A stretch of 64,000 nucleotides of DNA, taken from NCBI GenBank assembly GCA_963744145.1, contig CAVUSO010000001.1, positions 6,112,001 through 6,176,000 of the forward strand, read 5' to 3'. The notes below the pieces were generated by a model that saw only the letters and a list, made by a program, of their open reading frames with translations, ran no database searches and was not told where the DNA came from. This DNA is from an uncultured cyanobacterium. Lineage in GTDB: Bacteria; Cyanobacteriota; Cyanobacteriia; Cyanobacteriales; CAWUOF01. The position numbers and the translations under genes are program-made. This document shows positions 1 to 10,719 of the stretch, piece after piece; the stretch's first letter is position 1, and each line of letters opens with the position of its first letter.

Positions 1-67
1 AGAAAAACAGAGCAATATGCTAGGGTTTTGATTATCCAGTAACCATTGTAGGGGGAACTGCTTCAGA

Positions 68-1177
68 GTGGAAAAAATCTTTGAGCTGCTATTTAGCGAA
101 CTCAAACAGTATACTCGTGCCGGTGAAAAAAACTGCCGCGAGATCGCTGCACGTTTAGCAGAAGAAGTAATCCGCATCTGCTCGGAAAGCCAAAGGATAC
201 AAGCATCGGGAGAAACCGAAAAGTGGGCCACTAATTTAGCCAATCATCGTCTCAAACAATGCCTAAAATATTATAAATTAGGGTCACGTCAAGGACGGAT
301 TGAGCTCCATAGCAATTTAAGTGCTATAGTTTATCGATATATCACGCCTCCTCAAGCTCGTTCCAGTTATCAAGCAAGAATAATTTTAATTGAAGATTTT
401 TTACAAGGATTTTACGCAGAAGCATGGAAAGCTTTTTTGCGAGAAACCCAACTTAGTGAAATCTATCGTCCTCAAACCGTCTTAGAACTAGCAGAATACA
501 TGGCGTTTACTGAACGCTATGGGAAACGCAGGATTGGTTTACCTGGTCGAAGAAGTCAACAGTTAATCGTTTTACGCGCACAGACATTTTCCCAGCAGCA
601 ACCACCCGAAATCTCTGTAGATATGGAACAAGCTGCCGAGGGAGCAGGAACAGAAACAGACTCATCAGCTAACGATTCTTCAGTCCAACAGGTCAGACAA
701 GCGATGGTCGCAGGAGATAGCGAACCGACGGAAGATGCTCTGCGTCAAGAAGTAGTTAAGCAATTAATCAATTATTTAGAAGAACGTCAGCAAAATGATT
801 GTGCCGAATACTTTATCTTGCGTTTGCAAGATTTACAAGCCAATGAAATTGAGGAAATTCTCGGATTAACCTCCAGAGAGAGAGACTATTTACAGCAGCG
901 TTTTAAATACCATCTGATTCGATTTGCCCTCTTGCATCAATGGGAATTAGTCCATGAATGGTTAGAAGCAGATCTTGGTCGCAATTTGGGCTTAACTCCC
1001 CATCAATGGCAAATTTTTGAAGAAAAAATTAGCCCCACCCAATTGAGAATTCTACGATTAAAACAAAAAAATCTTACTGATGCAGAAATTGCCCAAACCT
1101 TGGAATGTACCCTCAATCAATTGCAAAAACAATGGTTAAAATTACTTGAACTCGCCTGGGAAATTCGCAATCATTAA
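68..1177 (+). CDS. hetZ: HetZ-family protein
   Basis: 369 aa with LGSRQGRIELHSNLSAIVYRYI, ELAEYMAFTERYGKRRI and C-terminal HTH-like LGLTSRERDYLQQRFKYH; directly upstream of a PatU-like ORF. Confidence 0.8.
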   Translation: MEKIFELLFSELKQYTRAGEKNCREIAARLAEEVIRICSESQRIQASGETEKWATNLANHRLKQCLKYYKLGSRQGRIELHSNLSAIVYRYITPPQARSSYQARIILIEDFLQGFYAEAWKAFLRETQLSEIYRPQTVLELAEYMAFTERYGKRRIGLPGRRSQQLIVLRAQTFSQQQPPEISVDMEQAAEGAGTETDSSANDSSVQQVRQAMVAGDSEPTEDALRQEVVKQLINYLEERQQNDCAEYFILRLQDLQANEIEEILGLTSRERDYLQQRFKYHLIRFALLHQWELVHEWLEADLGRNLGLTPHQWQIFEEKISPTQLRILRLKQKNLTDAEIAQTLECTLNQLQKQWLKLLELAWEIRNH

Positions 1178-1290
1178 CTATTGGCAATAATTTTTGCGAA
1201 GATAAAGCGGCTTGATGAAATAGCTAAATCAATTCCAATTCCTTCAGTATCCGGAGGAATTGGATCTAGTAATGAATAGGGGGTTAGACA

Positions 1291-2373
1291 ATGAATCATG
1301 ACCCAGAAGATTTTCACCGCATCAGGGACAAGGAAGCTTTCCAAAAAAGCTTACTTCAATGGCTATTACAAGAGCCAATCACTAAAGCATCACTCCCAAC
1401 TGAGGATAGTTCTTCAGAACCTTCTGGCACAATCTCCGAGGTTAATCATCTAGGATTCGCTCAGTTAGACCCCCTAGACATGGAAGGGCTAATTGATTTA
1501 GATCAATCACAACTTCCCCCACAGGACTTTGGGGAAACACATAATTTAGGAGAAATACCTGCCGTGCAAGAACGTTTTTGTGCTATTATTAAACGCCGTC
1601 TGCAAACAGAAATTCAACATCATCCACCGCTGTTTCCTTGGGAAACGGAAATTCTTGACTATGAACCTGAACTTTCAGACGCCAGTGCCAAGACCATGGT
1701 TCCCGATCGCCTCTGGCTAAATCAGTTAAGACAGCTAAAACTACCAGTACCAGTACCGGAAACAGTTCTCACTCAATTGCTCGAACGCTGTCAGTCTGTA
1801 GTCCAGTCTTCCTTGCTGGAAGGGGCAAAATTAGTCCGAGTTGTAGAATGTTTGTTTCCTAATCAGCTCGTGGATCTAAACCATTTCGCTAACCTGGTAC
1901 TTAGGGCTGAGTCTACGGCTTATCGTGAACCACGAGAATTAGGGAAAATCGCTTTTTTAGAATCTCCAACCGATTTTCCTCACACTTATGAAGCTGCTCT
2001 ACCGGTGCAGCAGATGGTTTTGTCCTTACTAGCAGCTCGTGAGATTTTAGGATCTCTGACCTTAAAAGTATGTCGATCTCAACCCAGAGTCGAACGTCAA
2101 TGGTTGACAGAGGTAGGACTATTAACGCTAGTGGTAGAGTATCAAGAAACTAAACATTTTACTTCCTTGCAAGTTCAGGGGTATTTACCTTGTGCCGGAA
2201 GACTCCAAATGACAGGAAATCAAGCACAAGCGATCGCAAATCGGACTTCCATGGGTTATCTCCGGGTAGAATTGTTTGATTTACTACCTAACCAACCTTA
2301 TCCCTTAGAAGTTAGCTTTCAATCTGGGGAGCAAAAACCCCTAGTTTTTAGTGTATATACTACTAATGATTAA
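1291..2373 (+). CDS. patU: PatU-family protein
   Basis: GEIPAVQERFCAIIKRRLQTEIQHHPPLFPWETE motif; synteny with hetZ. Confidence 0.7.
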   Translation: MNHDPEDFHRIRDKEAFQKSLLQWLLQEPITKASLPTEDSSSEPSGTISEVNHLGFAQLDPLDMEGLIDLDQSQLPPQDFGETHNLGEIPAVQERFCAIIKRRLQTEIQHHPPLFPWETEILDYEPELSDASAKTMVPDRLWLNQLRQLKLPVPVPETVLTQLLERCQSVVQSSLLEGAKLVRVVECLFPNQLVDLNHFANLVLRAESTAYREPRELGKIAFLESPTDFPHTYEAALPVQQMVLSLLAAREILGSLTLKVCRSQPRVERQWLTEVGLLTLVVEYQETKHFTSLQVQGYLPCAGRLQMTGNQAQAIANRTSMGYLRVELFDLLPNQPYPLEVSFQSGEQKPLVFSVYTTND

Positions 2374-2419
2374 AAAGCGTTAGCATAACTGAAAAACTAG
2401 GATATTGCCAGTTTAGCCC

Positions 2420-4771
2420 ATGTCTAACTTGTCTGGGATGCGACCATGGCGATTTAGAGCGATCGGCACTCGTCTAAGTCAGCGTTTAGCCCAAATCCCC
2501 CCACCAGAAGCAGAAAATTCCTGGATCTTACGGGTGCTAGTTCAAGCCCTGGTAATTGTGGGCATTGTGGCCACTGATGTGGCCGCAGAAACTCATCTCA
2601 GTCTGTGGGCTGTACCCCTCAGTATTGCTGGTGCGGTGTGGAGTTGGTATCAACGTCGCGATCGCAATATACCAGTCAAGTTTTTGATTGCTATTGGGAT
2701 GCTATTGGCGTTAGCAGCTTTTTTTGGTCGGATTGTCCAGCAACTTAATGATACTCGTTTGGTGTTAGCCGAGTTATTAATTAATTTGCTGATTCTCCAT
2801 AGCTTTGACTTACCACGTCGCAAGGATTTAGGCTATTCCATCGTGATTGGTTTGATCCTGTTGGGAGTCGCTGGGACAGTTTCTCAAACTTTAGCTTTTG
2901 CACCTTTTTTACTCCTATTTTTGGTAATTGCCCTACCGACTTTGCTCTTGGATTATCGTTCACGTTTAGGTTTACATTCACCAGTTCAGCCATCTCCACA
3001 ACAGGAGAAAAAAAATTCCCAAGTCCAAAAAAAGTTTTGGTTACCTTTTTCGGTCAAACGCTTAACTATTTTACTGCTGTTAATTTTAGGATTAGGCTTA
3101 ACAATTTTTGCATTTTTACCCCGATTTCCAGGTTATAAGTTACAAACTTTTCCAGTCAGCGCTCCGAGTTCTTTTCAACCAACTGGAGATGGGAGAAATA
3201 TTAGTAATCCTGGTTATGTGCGTTCAGGTAAAATTAGTCAAGGTAGTCAAGCTAAGAGTAAACAAGGTCAAAACCCTGGAGAATTAGACGATACTTTTTA
3301 TTATGGGTTTAATACCCAAATTAACCAAAATCTGCGCGGTCAAATGAAACCTAAAGTCGTGATGAGGGTGCGATCGCAAGCAGCAGGATTCTGGCGAGTT
3401 TTGGCTTTTGACCGTTATACTGGTCAAGGTTGGGAAATATCTCGAAATGAACAAACTCACACGGTTACTCGTCCCCCTTGGTCTTATTTGTTTCTGCTGT
3501 ATTTTATTCCTGATCTTAATCGCTATAAGAGTGTAATTCAAAGTTATACGATCGTCTCCGAATTACCCAACTTGATTCCAGCTTTAGCTCAACCAAATCA
3601 ACTGTTCTTTCCCACTGAAAAGATTTCGGTTGACCCAGAAGATTCCTTACGCGCACCAGCTGAATTATTACCAGAAGGACTTACCTATACAGTAATTTCT
3701 CAAGTTCCCTTTCGCGATCGCATCGCTTTAGGAAAAGCGCAGACAAAATATCCAAAACTGATTCGAGATTACTATCTGCAAGTACCCCCGGAAATTGCTG
3801 ATAAAGTCCGCACCTTAACTGAAGAAATTTTAGCAAAGTCTACCTCTCATCAAATTGGTAAAGAAGGAAAAGTGCTTGAATCAGTTTACGAAAAAGCTTT
3901 ATATTTAGCTGCTTATCTTAAACAGAATCCTGCTTATCAACTGGAAAAAGACCTTCCTTTTCTCCAAAATCAAGAAGACTTAGTTGAAGCTTTTTTATTC
4001 GGATATAAAAATAGTCCAGCTTCCCAAAAAATTACTGGAGGATATCCAGATCATTTTTCTACAGTTTTAACGATCATGTTGCGTTCAATTGGAATTCCAG
4101 CGAGATTAATTGGAGGATTTGGTCCTGGTCAATTTAACCCGTTTACAGGATATTATGTGGTTAACAATACCGATGCTTATCTAATGACAGAGGTATATTT
4201 CCCTGGATATGGTTGGTTTGCTTTTGATCCGATTCCTGGACATGATCTGATTCCTCCTTCTTTTGAAGATTATGAACCCTTTAGTATAGTCAAAGAGTTT
4301 TGGAAATGGATCGCAGGTTGGTTTCCTACACCATTAACCAGTTTGCTCAATAGATTTTTTGGTGCGATCGCTCTATTTTTAACTTGGTTATTTGCTTTAT
4401 TTGCTCAAGGTTGGGTAGGAATTTTTACAGGTTTGCTGGTGATGATTATTTTCGGTTTTATCGGTTGGTTAGCTTTCCAGGGTTGGCAAAAATTGCTTGA
4501 GCGTCTCTGGTTAGCTAAATTACCACCAATGGAAAGTATTTATCAACAAATGCTCAAGTGGTTAACTAAGCAAGGTTTTCCCAAACATTCAGCTCAAACA
4601 CCTTTAGAATATTCCCAACAACTGACTCAATATTATCCAACAACTTTAGCAGATGTAATTGTTGAAATTTCTGAAGCTTATGTTAGTTGGAGATATGGGA
4701 GAAAAGATGTTAATTTAACACACCTACGTCGTCGTTTAGCAGATTTGATCAAACGACAAAAGAAAAAGTGA
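2420..4771 (+). CDS. Transglutaminase-like membrane protein (DUF3488/TgpA + DUF4129)
   Basis: N-terminal TM helices; GYPDHFSTVLTIMLRSIGIPARLIGGF and EVYFPGYGWFAFDP core; C-terminal QTPLEY...Y.SWRYG. Confidence 0.8.
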   Translation: MSNLSGMRPWRFRAIGTRLSQRLAQIPPPEAENSWILRVLVQALVIVGIVATDVAAETHLSLWAVPLSIAGAVWSWYQRRDRNIPVKFLIAIGMLLALAAFFGRIVQQLNDTRLVLAELLINLLILHSFDLPRRKDLGYSIVIGLILLGVAGTVSQTLAFAPFLLLFLVIALPTLLLDYRSRLGLHSPVQPSPQQEKKNSQVQKKFWLPFSVKRLTILLLLILGLGLTIFAFLPRFPGYKLQTFPVSAPSSFQPTGDGRNISNPGYVRSGKISQGSQAKSKQGQNPGELDDTFYYGFNTQINQNLRGQMKPKVVMRVRSQAAGFWRVLAFDRYTGQGWEISRNEQTHTVTRPPWSYLFLLYFIPDLNRYKSVIQSYTIVSELPNLIPALAQPNQLFFPTEKISVDPEDSLRAPAELLPEGLTYTVISQVPFRDRIALGKAQTKYPKLIRDYYLQVPPEIADKVRTLTEEILAKSTSHQIGKEGKVLESVYEKALYLAAYLKQNPAYQLEKDLPFLQNQEDLVEAFLFGYKNSPASQKITGGYPDHFSTVLTIMLRSIGIPARLIGGFGPGQFNPFTGYYVVNNTDAYLMTEVYFPGYGWFAFDPIPGHDLIPPSFEDYEPFSIVKEFWKWIAGWFPTPLTSLLNRFFGAIALFLTWLFALFAQGWVGIFTGLLVMIIFGFIGWLAFQGWQKLLERLWLAKLPPMESIYQQMLKWLTKQGFPKHSAQTPLEYSQQLTQYYPTTLADVIVEISEAYVSWRYGRKDVNLTHLRRRLADLIKRQKKK

Positions 4772-4772
4772 T

Positions 4773-6134
4773 ATGTTTAGAACTAGTGGAGCAGTGATCC
4801 AAAAACGTCTAATTATATTTACCCGTTACCCAGAACCAGGAAAAACTAAAACTAGATTAATTTCTGTACTCGGAGCTGAAGGTGCAGCTCAGTTACACCG
4901 TGAAATGACTGAATATACTTTAGCACACCTAATCAGACTAAAAGAAAAAATACCATTACTTGCTATAGAAGTCAGATTTACTGGTGGTAATCAACAATTA
5001 ATGCAAAATTGGTTAGGAGATGGAATCACTTATGAATCGCAAGGTGATGGTGATCTGGGAGTAAAAATGAGTAGTGCTTTTCAGGAAGCTTTTACTACAG
5101 GAATCGAACGAGTAATTATTATTGGTACAGATTGTCCAGAAATTGATTGTATGCTGATTCAGGAAGCTTTTGAGCGATTAGATCAAGCTGATTTAGTTTT
5201 AGGTCCAGCTCATGATGGGGGTTATTATTTAATTGGTCTAAGTCGTTTTGTCCCAGAGTTATTGATCGGGATTAAGTGGGGAACTGCGGAAGTTAGATCA
5301 GCAACAATTGCGATCGCAAATCAGCTAGGTTTATCTTTGAGTTTGCTCCCACTTCATGGTGATGTAGATCGTCCGGAAGATTTACCAATTTGGGAACAAG
5401 CAAAGACTAAAAATCGCGATCTTGATTATCCCAAAATTTCCCTAATTATCCCAGTTTTGAATGAAGGTGGGTTATCAGCAGAGTCATTTAGTCGTAGATT
5501 AACATATTTAATTAATTTAGTCAATTTATCTACCAATATTGAAACCATCATTGTGGATGGAGGATCGACGGATAATACGGTTGAGATTGCTAATTCTCTG
5601 GGAGTCAAAGTGGTGAAAGCACCGACAGGGAGAGCTACACAAATGAATATAGGTGCCCAAATTGCTACTGGGGAAATCTTGCTGTTTCTCCATGTTGATA
5701 CCCAATTACCTCTAGGTTTCGACGCGATCGCTCGTCAACTATTAGCTCAACCAGGTGTAGTTGTGGGTGCGTTTCAATTAAAGATTGATGCAGAATTGCC
5801 CGGATTACGTTTAATTGAAATGGCTGCTAATTGTCGATCGCGTTGCTTAGGATTACCTTATGGAGACCAAGGGATTTTTCTATCAGCAAAAATATTTCGA
5901 GCGTTGGGTGGTTTTCCCGAATTACCCATAATGGAAGATTTTGCATTAATTAAAAGATTACAGCGTCTTGGCCAAATTGCGATCGCGCCCATATCGGTTT
6001 TAACATCAGCACGTCGTTGGCAAAAATTAGGGGTTTTTCAAACTACATTGATTAATCAGGTGATAGTTTTGGGCTATTATCTAGGAATATCACCAAAGAT
6101 CCTGGTGCGTTGGTATCGACAAGGATTTTGGTAA
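4773..6134 (+). CDS. Fused DUF2064 (TIGR04282-like) + GT2 (TIGR04283-like) glycosyltransferase
   Basis: N-half FTRYPEPGKTKTRL...GTDCP...GPAHDGGYYLIG...DVDRPEDL; C-half ISLIIPVLNE...DGGSTD...PYGDQG...MEDF...TSARRW. Confidence 0.8.
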   Translation: MFRTSGAVIQKRLIIFTRYPEPGKTKTRLISVLGAEGAAQLHREMTEYTLAHLIRLKEKIPLLAIEVRFTGGNQQLMQNWLGDGITYESQGDGDLGVKMSSAFQEAFTTGIERVIIIGTDCPEIDCMLIQEAFERLDQADLVLGPAHDGGYYLIGLSRFVPELLIGIKWGTAEVRSATIAIANQLGLSLSLLPLHGDVDRPEDLPIWEQAKTKNRDLDYPKISLIIPVLNEGGLSAESFSRRLTYLINLVNLSTNIETIIVDGGSTDNTVEIANSLGVKVVKAPTGRATQMNIGAQIATGEILLFLHVDTQLPLGFDAIARQLLAQPGVVVGAFQLKIDAELPGLRLIEMAANCRSRCLGLPYGDQGIFLSAKIFRALGGFPELPIMEDFALIKRLQRLGQIAIAPISVLTSARRWQKLGVFQTTLINQVIVLGYYLGISPKILVRWYRQGFW

Positions 6135-6199
6135 AGACAATAACTGAACCAAATCAGCTTAAAATTAAATGACCAATTGTTAAAAAATCTGTTAAGTTC

Positions 6200-7099
6200 A
6201 TGTCTCTATTTGATTGGTTTGCTAACCGACGCAAATCTGGACCAATTGGTCTGGAACGACAAGAACGGGAAATAGCTGATGGTTTGTGGAGTAAATGTGA
6301 AGCTTGTGGCGTACTCACATATACCAAAGATTTAAGAGCCAATCAAATGGTCTGCTTAGAGTGTGGTCATCATCTCCGCGTATTTAGTGACGAAAGAATC
6401 TATCAGTTAATCGATGCTAACACTTGGAACCCGATTGACGAACAACTCCGACCAGTCGATCCCCTAAAATTTCGCGATCGCAAACAATACAGTGAGCGGA
6501 TTAGAGAAACCCAAGAAAAAACTGGACTGTTAGACGCAGTCCAAACTGGGTTTGGTCAACTCAACAACTTGTCCATTGGTTTAGGAGTGATGGACTTCCG
6601 TTTTATGGGTGGAAGTATGGGTTCAGTGGTGGGCGAAAAACTGACTCGTCTGATCGAAAAAGCTACCCATCAACACTTACCGGTCATCATCATTTGTGCT
6701 TCTGGGGGTGCCAGAATGCAAGAAGGAATGCTCAGTTTAATGCAAATGGCCAAAATTTCGGCAGCATTAGAACGTCACCGCGAAGCTCAACTACTCTATA
6801 TCCCTGTTTTAACTAACCCCACCACTGGTGGAGTCACGGCTAGTTTTGCCATGTTAGGAGACATTATTGTAGCAGAACCCAAAGCTACCATTGGCTTTGC
6901 TGGCCGACGGGTGATCGAACAAACCCTACGAGAAAAACTACCTGATAATTTTCAAACAGCAGAATATCTGCTTCAGCATGGTTTTGTGGATATTATCGTT
7001 CCTAGAACCGAACTTAAACCTACCCTAGCCCAACTGATTCGTTTCCATCAACCGGGAGCTGAAGCAATACCCTTAAGTCCCACCAGATCCAGCAGCTAA
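6200..7099 (+). CDS. accD: Acetyl-CoA carboxylase carboxyltransferase beta subunit
   Basis: Zn finger CEAC...[26 protein letters not shown]. Confidence 0.97.
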   Translation: MSLFDWFANRRKSGPIGLERQEREIADGLWSKCEACGVLTYTKDLRANQMVCLECGHHLRVFSDERIYQLIDANTWNPIDEQLRPVDPLKFRDRKQYSERIRETQEKTGLLDAVQTGFGQLNNLSIGLGVMDFRFMGGSMGSVVGEKLTRLIEKATHQHLPVIIICASGGARMQEGMLSLMQMAKISAALERHREAQLLYIPVLTNPTTGGVTASFAMLGDIIVAEPKATIGFAGRRVIEQTLREKLPDNFQTAEYLLQHGFVDIIVPRTELKPTLAQLIRFHQPGAEAIPLSPTRSSS

Positions 7100-7354
7100 G
7101 AAAATGATTCTGATAATCGTTTTGGGAATAGAACCAGTCAATGGCATGATATTGATATTAAAACGGCTTAATTTCCAATAAAAGAGTCCCCAAGGATGAT
7201 CGGTTTTGCAGACAGGTCTATTCCAGTAATAGTCTAGGCTGACTACTCGCTCGCCTTGGTCAATCTCAAATTAAGCCATCATCAAACGCAAATAATTGCG
7301 TCTTTCATGCTGTGTTGAGCATCCAATCGCTGAGCGAAAATGCTAAGGAGAACC

Positions 7355-7846
7355 ATGATTAAAAAATATATGTGGCTAGTTGTAGCCATTGTGTTCTTTG
7401 TTTTTCAAGTATTTGTAGATGGCGCTAATGCAGTCGAACTTGACAAAGCAACCCGCACCATTCCCCTGAACGACCAGGGAGATACAATTACTCTGAGTTT
7501 AAAACAAGTTAAACAAGGCAAACGCCTATTTAATAGTACCTGCGCTCAGTGTCATGCAGGGGGTGTGACAAAGACCGATTTTAATATTGGTCTTGATCCC
7601 GATGCTTTAGCTGGAGCTAACCCTCCACGCAATAACCTAGAATCATTAGTGGATTACCTGAAAAATCCCACTACTTATGACGGAGAAACCTCGATCGCTG
7701 AGCTACATCCCAGTATTGCGAGTGCTAATGTGTTTACTGAGATGAAAAATCTCAGTGATGAAGACCTAAAAGTGATCGCTGGTCATATTCTCCTTCAGCC
7801 CAAAATTGTCGGTGAGCAGTGGGGTGGTGGTAAAGCTGTCCGTTAA
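7355..7846 (+). CDS. psbV: Photosystem II cytochrome c-550
   Basis: Signal peptide, CAQCH heme motif, KNPTTYDG, WGGGK; AGGAG upstream favours ATG 7355 over 7340. Confidence 0.95.
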   Translation: MIKKYMWLVVAIVFFVFQVFVDGANAVELDKATRTIPLNDQGDTITLSLKQVKQGKRLFNSTCAQCHAGGVTKTDFNIGLDPDALAGANPPRNNLESLVDYLKNPTTYDGETSIAELHPSIASANVFTEMKNLSDEDLKVIAGHILLQPKIVGEQWGGGKAVR

Positions 7847-7900
7847 TCTTAGCTTTGAGTCAATGGTCAGTGATTAATGCTCATTGGTCATCGACAGATC

Positions 7901-8000
7901 AGGTGTTAGGTATTGGGGATCAAGGTTGATGACACAGTTCCGATCATCAGGTGACGAATTGATGTTTGATTACTTAGTGATTACCTAATACCTAACACCT
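7901..8000. repeat. Inverted repeat / heptamer-rich hairpin between psbV and psbV2
   Basis: AGGTGTTAGGTATTGG (7901-7916) is nearly complementary to CCTAATACCTAACACCT (7984-8000). Confidence 0.6.
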
Positions 8001-8031
8001 CACCCTTAACCCTTAATACCTATACTGAATT

Positions 8032-8523
8032 ATGCAATTATTGACTGCTCGACTGCTAGTAATAATTTTAGCTGTTTGCTTAGGATGGGTAGGATATATT
8101 TCTCCTGTACAAGCAAAAACAATCGATCCATATATCAGACGCTTTTTACAAGTCTCTCAACCGGTGTCGATCAAAATGGATCAAACTGGTCAAACCCAGC
8201 TATTTTCCCCAAATGACTTACATCAAGGAAAAGTTTTATTTCAAGATAGTTGCATGAACTGTCATGTAGGTGGTTCGACTGTACCTAACCCAATGATCCC
8301 TTTATCCTTGACTGCTTTACAAGGTGCAACTCCAGCTCGAGATGATGTTAATAGTCTTGTTGCTTATATGCGTAAACCGATGGTTTACGATGGGAGCGAA
8401 GAAACCTATTCCTGTCGTCAAGTTTCAGAAAGTTGGTTATCTCAAGCAGAATTAGAAAAATTAGCTGCTTTTATTTTGAGAGCTGCTGAAAAAGCACCTG
8501 GATGGGGTACAGATCAATTTTAA
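8032..8523 (+). CDS. psbV2: Cytochrome c-550-like PsbV2
   Basis: CMNCH, PMVYDGSE, CRQVSESW, AEKAPGWG; follows psbV. Confidence 0.9.
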   Translation: MQLLTARLLVIILAVCLGWVGYISPVQAKTIDPYIRRFLQVSQPVSIKMDQTGQTQLFSPNDLHQGKVLFQDSCMNCHVGGSTVPNPMIPLSLTALQGATPARDDVNSLVAYMRKPMVYDGSEETYSCRQVSESWLSQAELEKLAAFILRAAEKAPGWGTDQF

Positions 8524-8548
8524 CAAATTCTTTCTCATGGGCATAATT

Positions 8549-10072
8549 TTATTTATTAAGCTGATAAAAAATAAAAGCTTTTACTAATTCTAAAGTTGTC
8601 TCCAACTCTGTAAGCAATAAATTAGCACCCGTGAGAGAGTTATTCCGAGCTTGACGCTCTAATTGAGCCGCAGATATTTGGATTGCTGTCACTCCTAAGT
8701 TACCACTTGCACCTTTGATCTGGTGTGCTTGATGACGCAATTTTTCTGTATCTCCTAGATGAAGTGCTTGTTTAGCTTCTTGTAAATGAATTTCTGAATC
8801 TTCGACAAAAGCTTGTAAGACTTCGATTTCAAAAGCTACGTCTCCTCCAGAAATTTCATGTAAATGCTCCAAATCAACAATATCTTCATCATAAATTCCA
8901 AATTCACTAACTGTGGAAGCTCTGGTCAAATTTTCTTGACTCTCGACCGCAAAACTGCTCCCATTTATTGGTTCTGATAATGGTTGATTTTGCTGGGATA
9001 GTTGCTCTTGGAACTGAGGATTTTCTACTGGATTAGGTAGAAATAAATTAGGAGCGATCGCGCAATTATCTCCATTTTCAGCTTTAGACTCTAACCGATC
9101 GCTGATTTTTGCTAAAAATTCTGATTTTAATGGAGAAGTGGAATTAATCGGATTTTGCTCTAATTGATTAGGACTATATTCCTGAGCAACAGCATTTTTT
9201 TCGGTCACGTCACAACAGATCCCCACAATCCCAGAGATCATTCCTGATTCATCGGTAATCGGACGATAAGTCGAGTCATAAATTGTAGTACCCGATGACT
9301 GAGAAATTTCTAGTTGACAAAAAACCTTTTTTTTAGTATTAAGCACTTGTTGTAAAAAGGGTTCAATCCGATCAGCTAAGTCCGGATTTAATTCGCGGTT
9401 AGTTTTACCAATTATTTCACGGGAAGTCAACCCGATCGCAGTAGCTCCACTGGGGTTAATGGCTGTATAACGTAACTGTAGGTCATATTCTACAAAAATA
9501 TCCGAGGTTTTAGTCAGGTAAGACAAAAACCGATCTGCTGTTGTTTGACTATCAGGGTGAGGGACTTGAGTTTGGTGATGAGGCAGTAAGTTAGATTTGG
9601 TTGGTCTTGCTGGACTAGAATCTGGTGCTGTGGGTGGGCTATAATTTTGGCGATCTTGTTCCTGTTGTAATAATTGTAACAAATTAATGGGTGTAATAAT
9701 TCCGCTCAATTGACCACGATGATCTAGCACAGGCAGTACAGCTAAATTATGCTCTAGAAATAAACGATTAATGGTAAAGAGATCTGCTAACTGGGATTCT
9801 GTGACCGTAATCAAAGGTTGTGCTAAAATGGATGTGATTTGATGTTGACCAAGCGTATGAGCGATCGCTTGGGTGAAACAGGAGTCATTAGATCCCAATA
9901 GACGCAGCAGATCCCCAGCAGTGAAGATCCCGATGGGCTGTTGTTGATCTAAAATCAGGAGGCTAGGGGAGCCAGACAAGTTCATCAGCATTAAAGCTTG
10001 TTGTAGATTGATGTCTTTCGTAGCAGTGAGTGGGCTACGGTCAATCACCGGAATTAAAGATGCAAGTGACAT
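8549..10072 (-). CDS. CBS-CBS-PAS-Hpt signalling protein (kinase core absent)
   Basis: CBS pair (GIFTAGDLL, LPVLDHRGQLSGIIT), PAS (EIIGKTNREL), Hpt (AHQIKGASGNLG). Confidence 0.75.
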   Translation of the reverse strand: MSLASLIPVIDRSPLTATKDINLQQALMLMNLSGSPSLLILDQQQPIGIFTAGDLLRLLGSNDSCFTQAIAHTLGQHQITSILAQPLITVTESQLADLFTINRLFLEHNLAVLPVLDHRGQLSGIITPINLLQLLQQEQDRQNYSPPTAPDSSPARPTKSNLLPHHQTQVPHPDSQTTADRFLSYLTKTSDIFVEYDLQLRYTAINPSGATAIGLTSREIIGKTNRELNPDLADRIEPFLQQVLNTKKKVFCQLEISQSSGTTIYDSTYRPITDESGMISGIVGICCDVTEKNAVAQEYSPNQLEQNPINSTSPLKSEFLAKISDRLESKAENGDNCAIAPNLFLPNPVENPQFQEQLSQQNQPLSEPINGSSFAVESQENLTRASTVSEFGIYDEDIVDLEHLHEISGGDVAFEIEVLQAFVEDSEIHLQEAKQALHLGDTEKLRHQAHQIKGASGNLGVTAIQISAAQLERQARNNSLTGANLLLTELETTLELVKAFIFYQLNK

Positions 10073-10232
10073 TAAAGGTTTGGATTGGTAAGATATGCTG
10101 TCTTTATTATTTAGTTATGCCCAGGATGAGAGCGATAATCACTTGAGAAAATTTGTAACGTAATTTTTTGTCCTCATGGTAGATAAAATAAATGTGCGAT
10201 GATCTGTATGTTTTGACATGAGGAGAAATAAA

Positions 10233-10574
10233 TTGAAAAGACTACTCTCTGTGATTTTATTGGCGATCGCCTTGTTGATCTTTGCCCCTGGTAGTCCTGC
10301 GTTGGCTGGAGATGCCGCCAATGGTGCCAAAATCTTTGCGGCTAACTGTGTGTCTTGTCATGCGGGCGGTCGGAATTTAGTCAACGCTAGTAAAAGTCTA
10401 AAGAAGGATGATTTAGATAAGTATGGGATGAACAGTCTTGAGGCTATTGTCAATCAGGTGACGAAGGGTAAAGGCGCGATGCCAGCCTTTAAAGGACGTC
10501 TGAAACCAGCATCCAAGATTGAGGATGTCGCCACCTATGTTTTTCAACAAGCTAACGAGACAAATTGGCAGTAA
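10233..10574 (+). CDS. petJ: Cytochrome c6
   Basis: [36 protein letters not shown] start after AGGAGA (ORF track begins 10218). Confidence 0.93.
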   Translation: MKRLLSVILLAIALLIFAPGSPALAGDAANGAKIFAANCVSCHAGGRNLVNASKSLKKDDLDKYGMNSLEAIVNQVTKGKGAMPAFKGRLKPASKIEDVATYVFQQANETNWQ

Positions 10575-10719
10575 AAGCGAAAACTAAAGGTTAAATAGTG
10601 AAAAGTGGAAAGTGGAAAGCAAATAGTAAAGCTGGCTTCTGCTATTAAAAATTCAATCTTAGTGGCCGCTATCTTCTCTTTTTGTTAGACATTTTTCACT
10701 TTTTGCTTGACATTGATCA

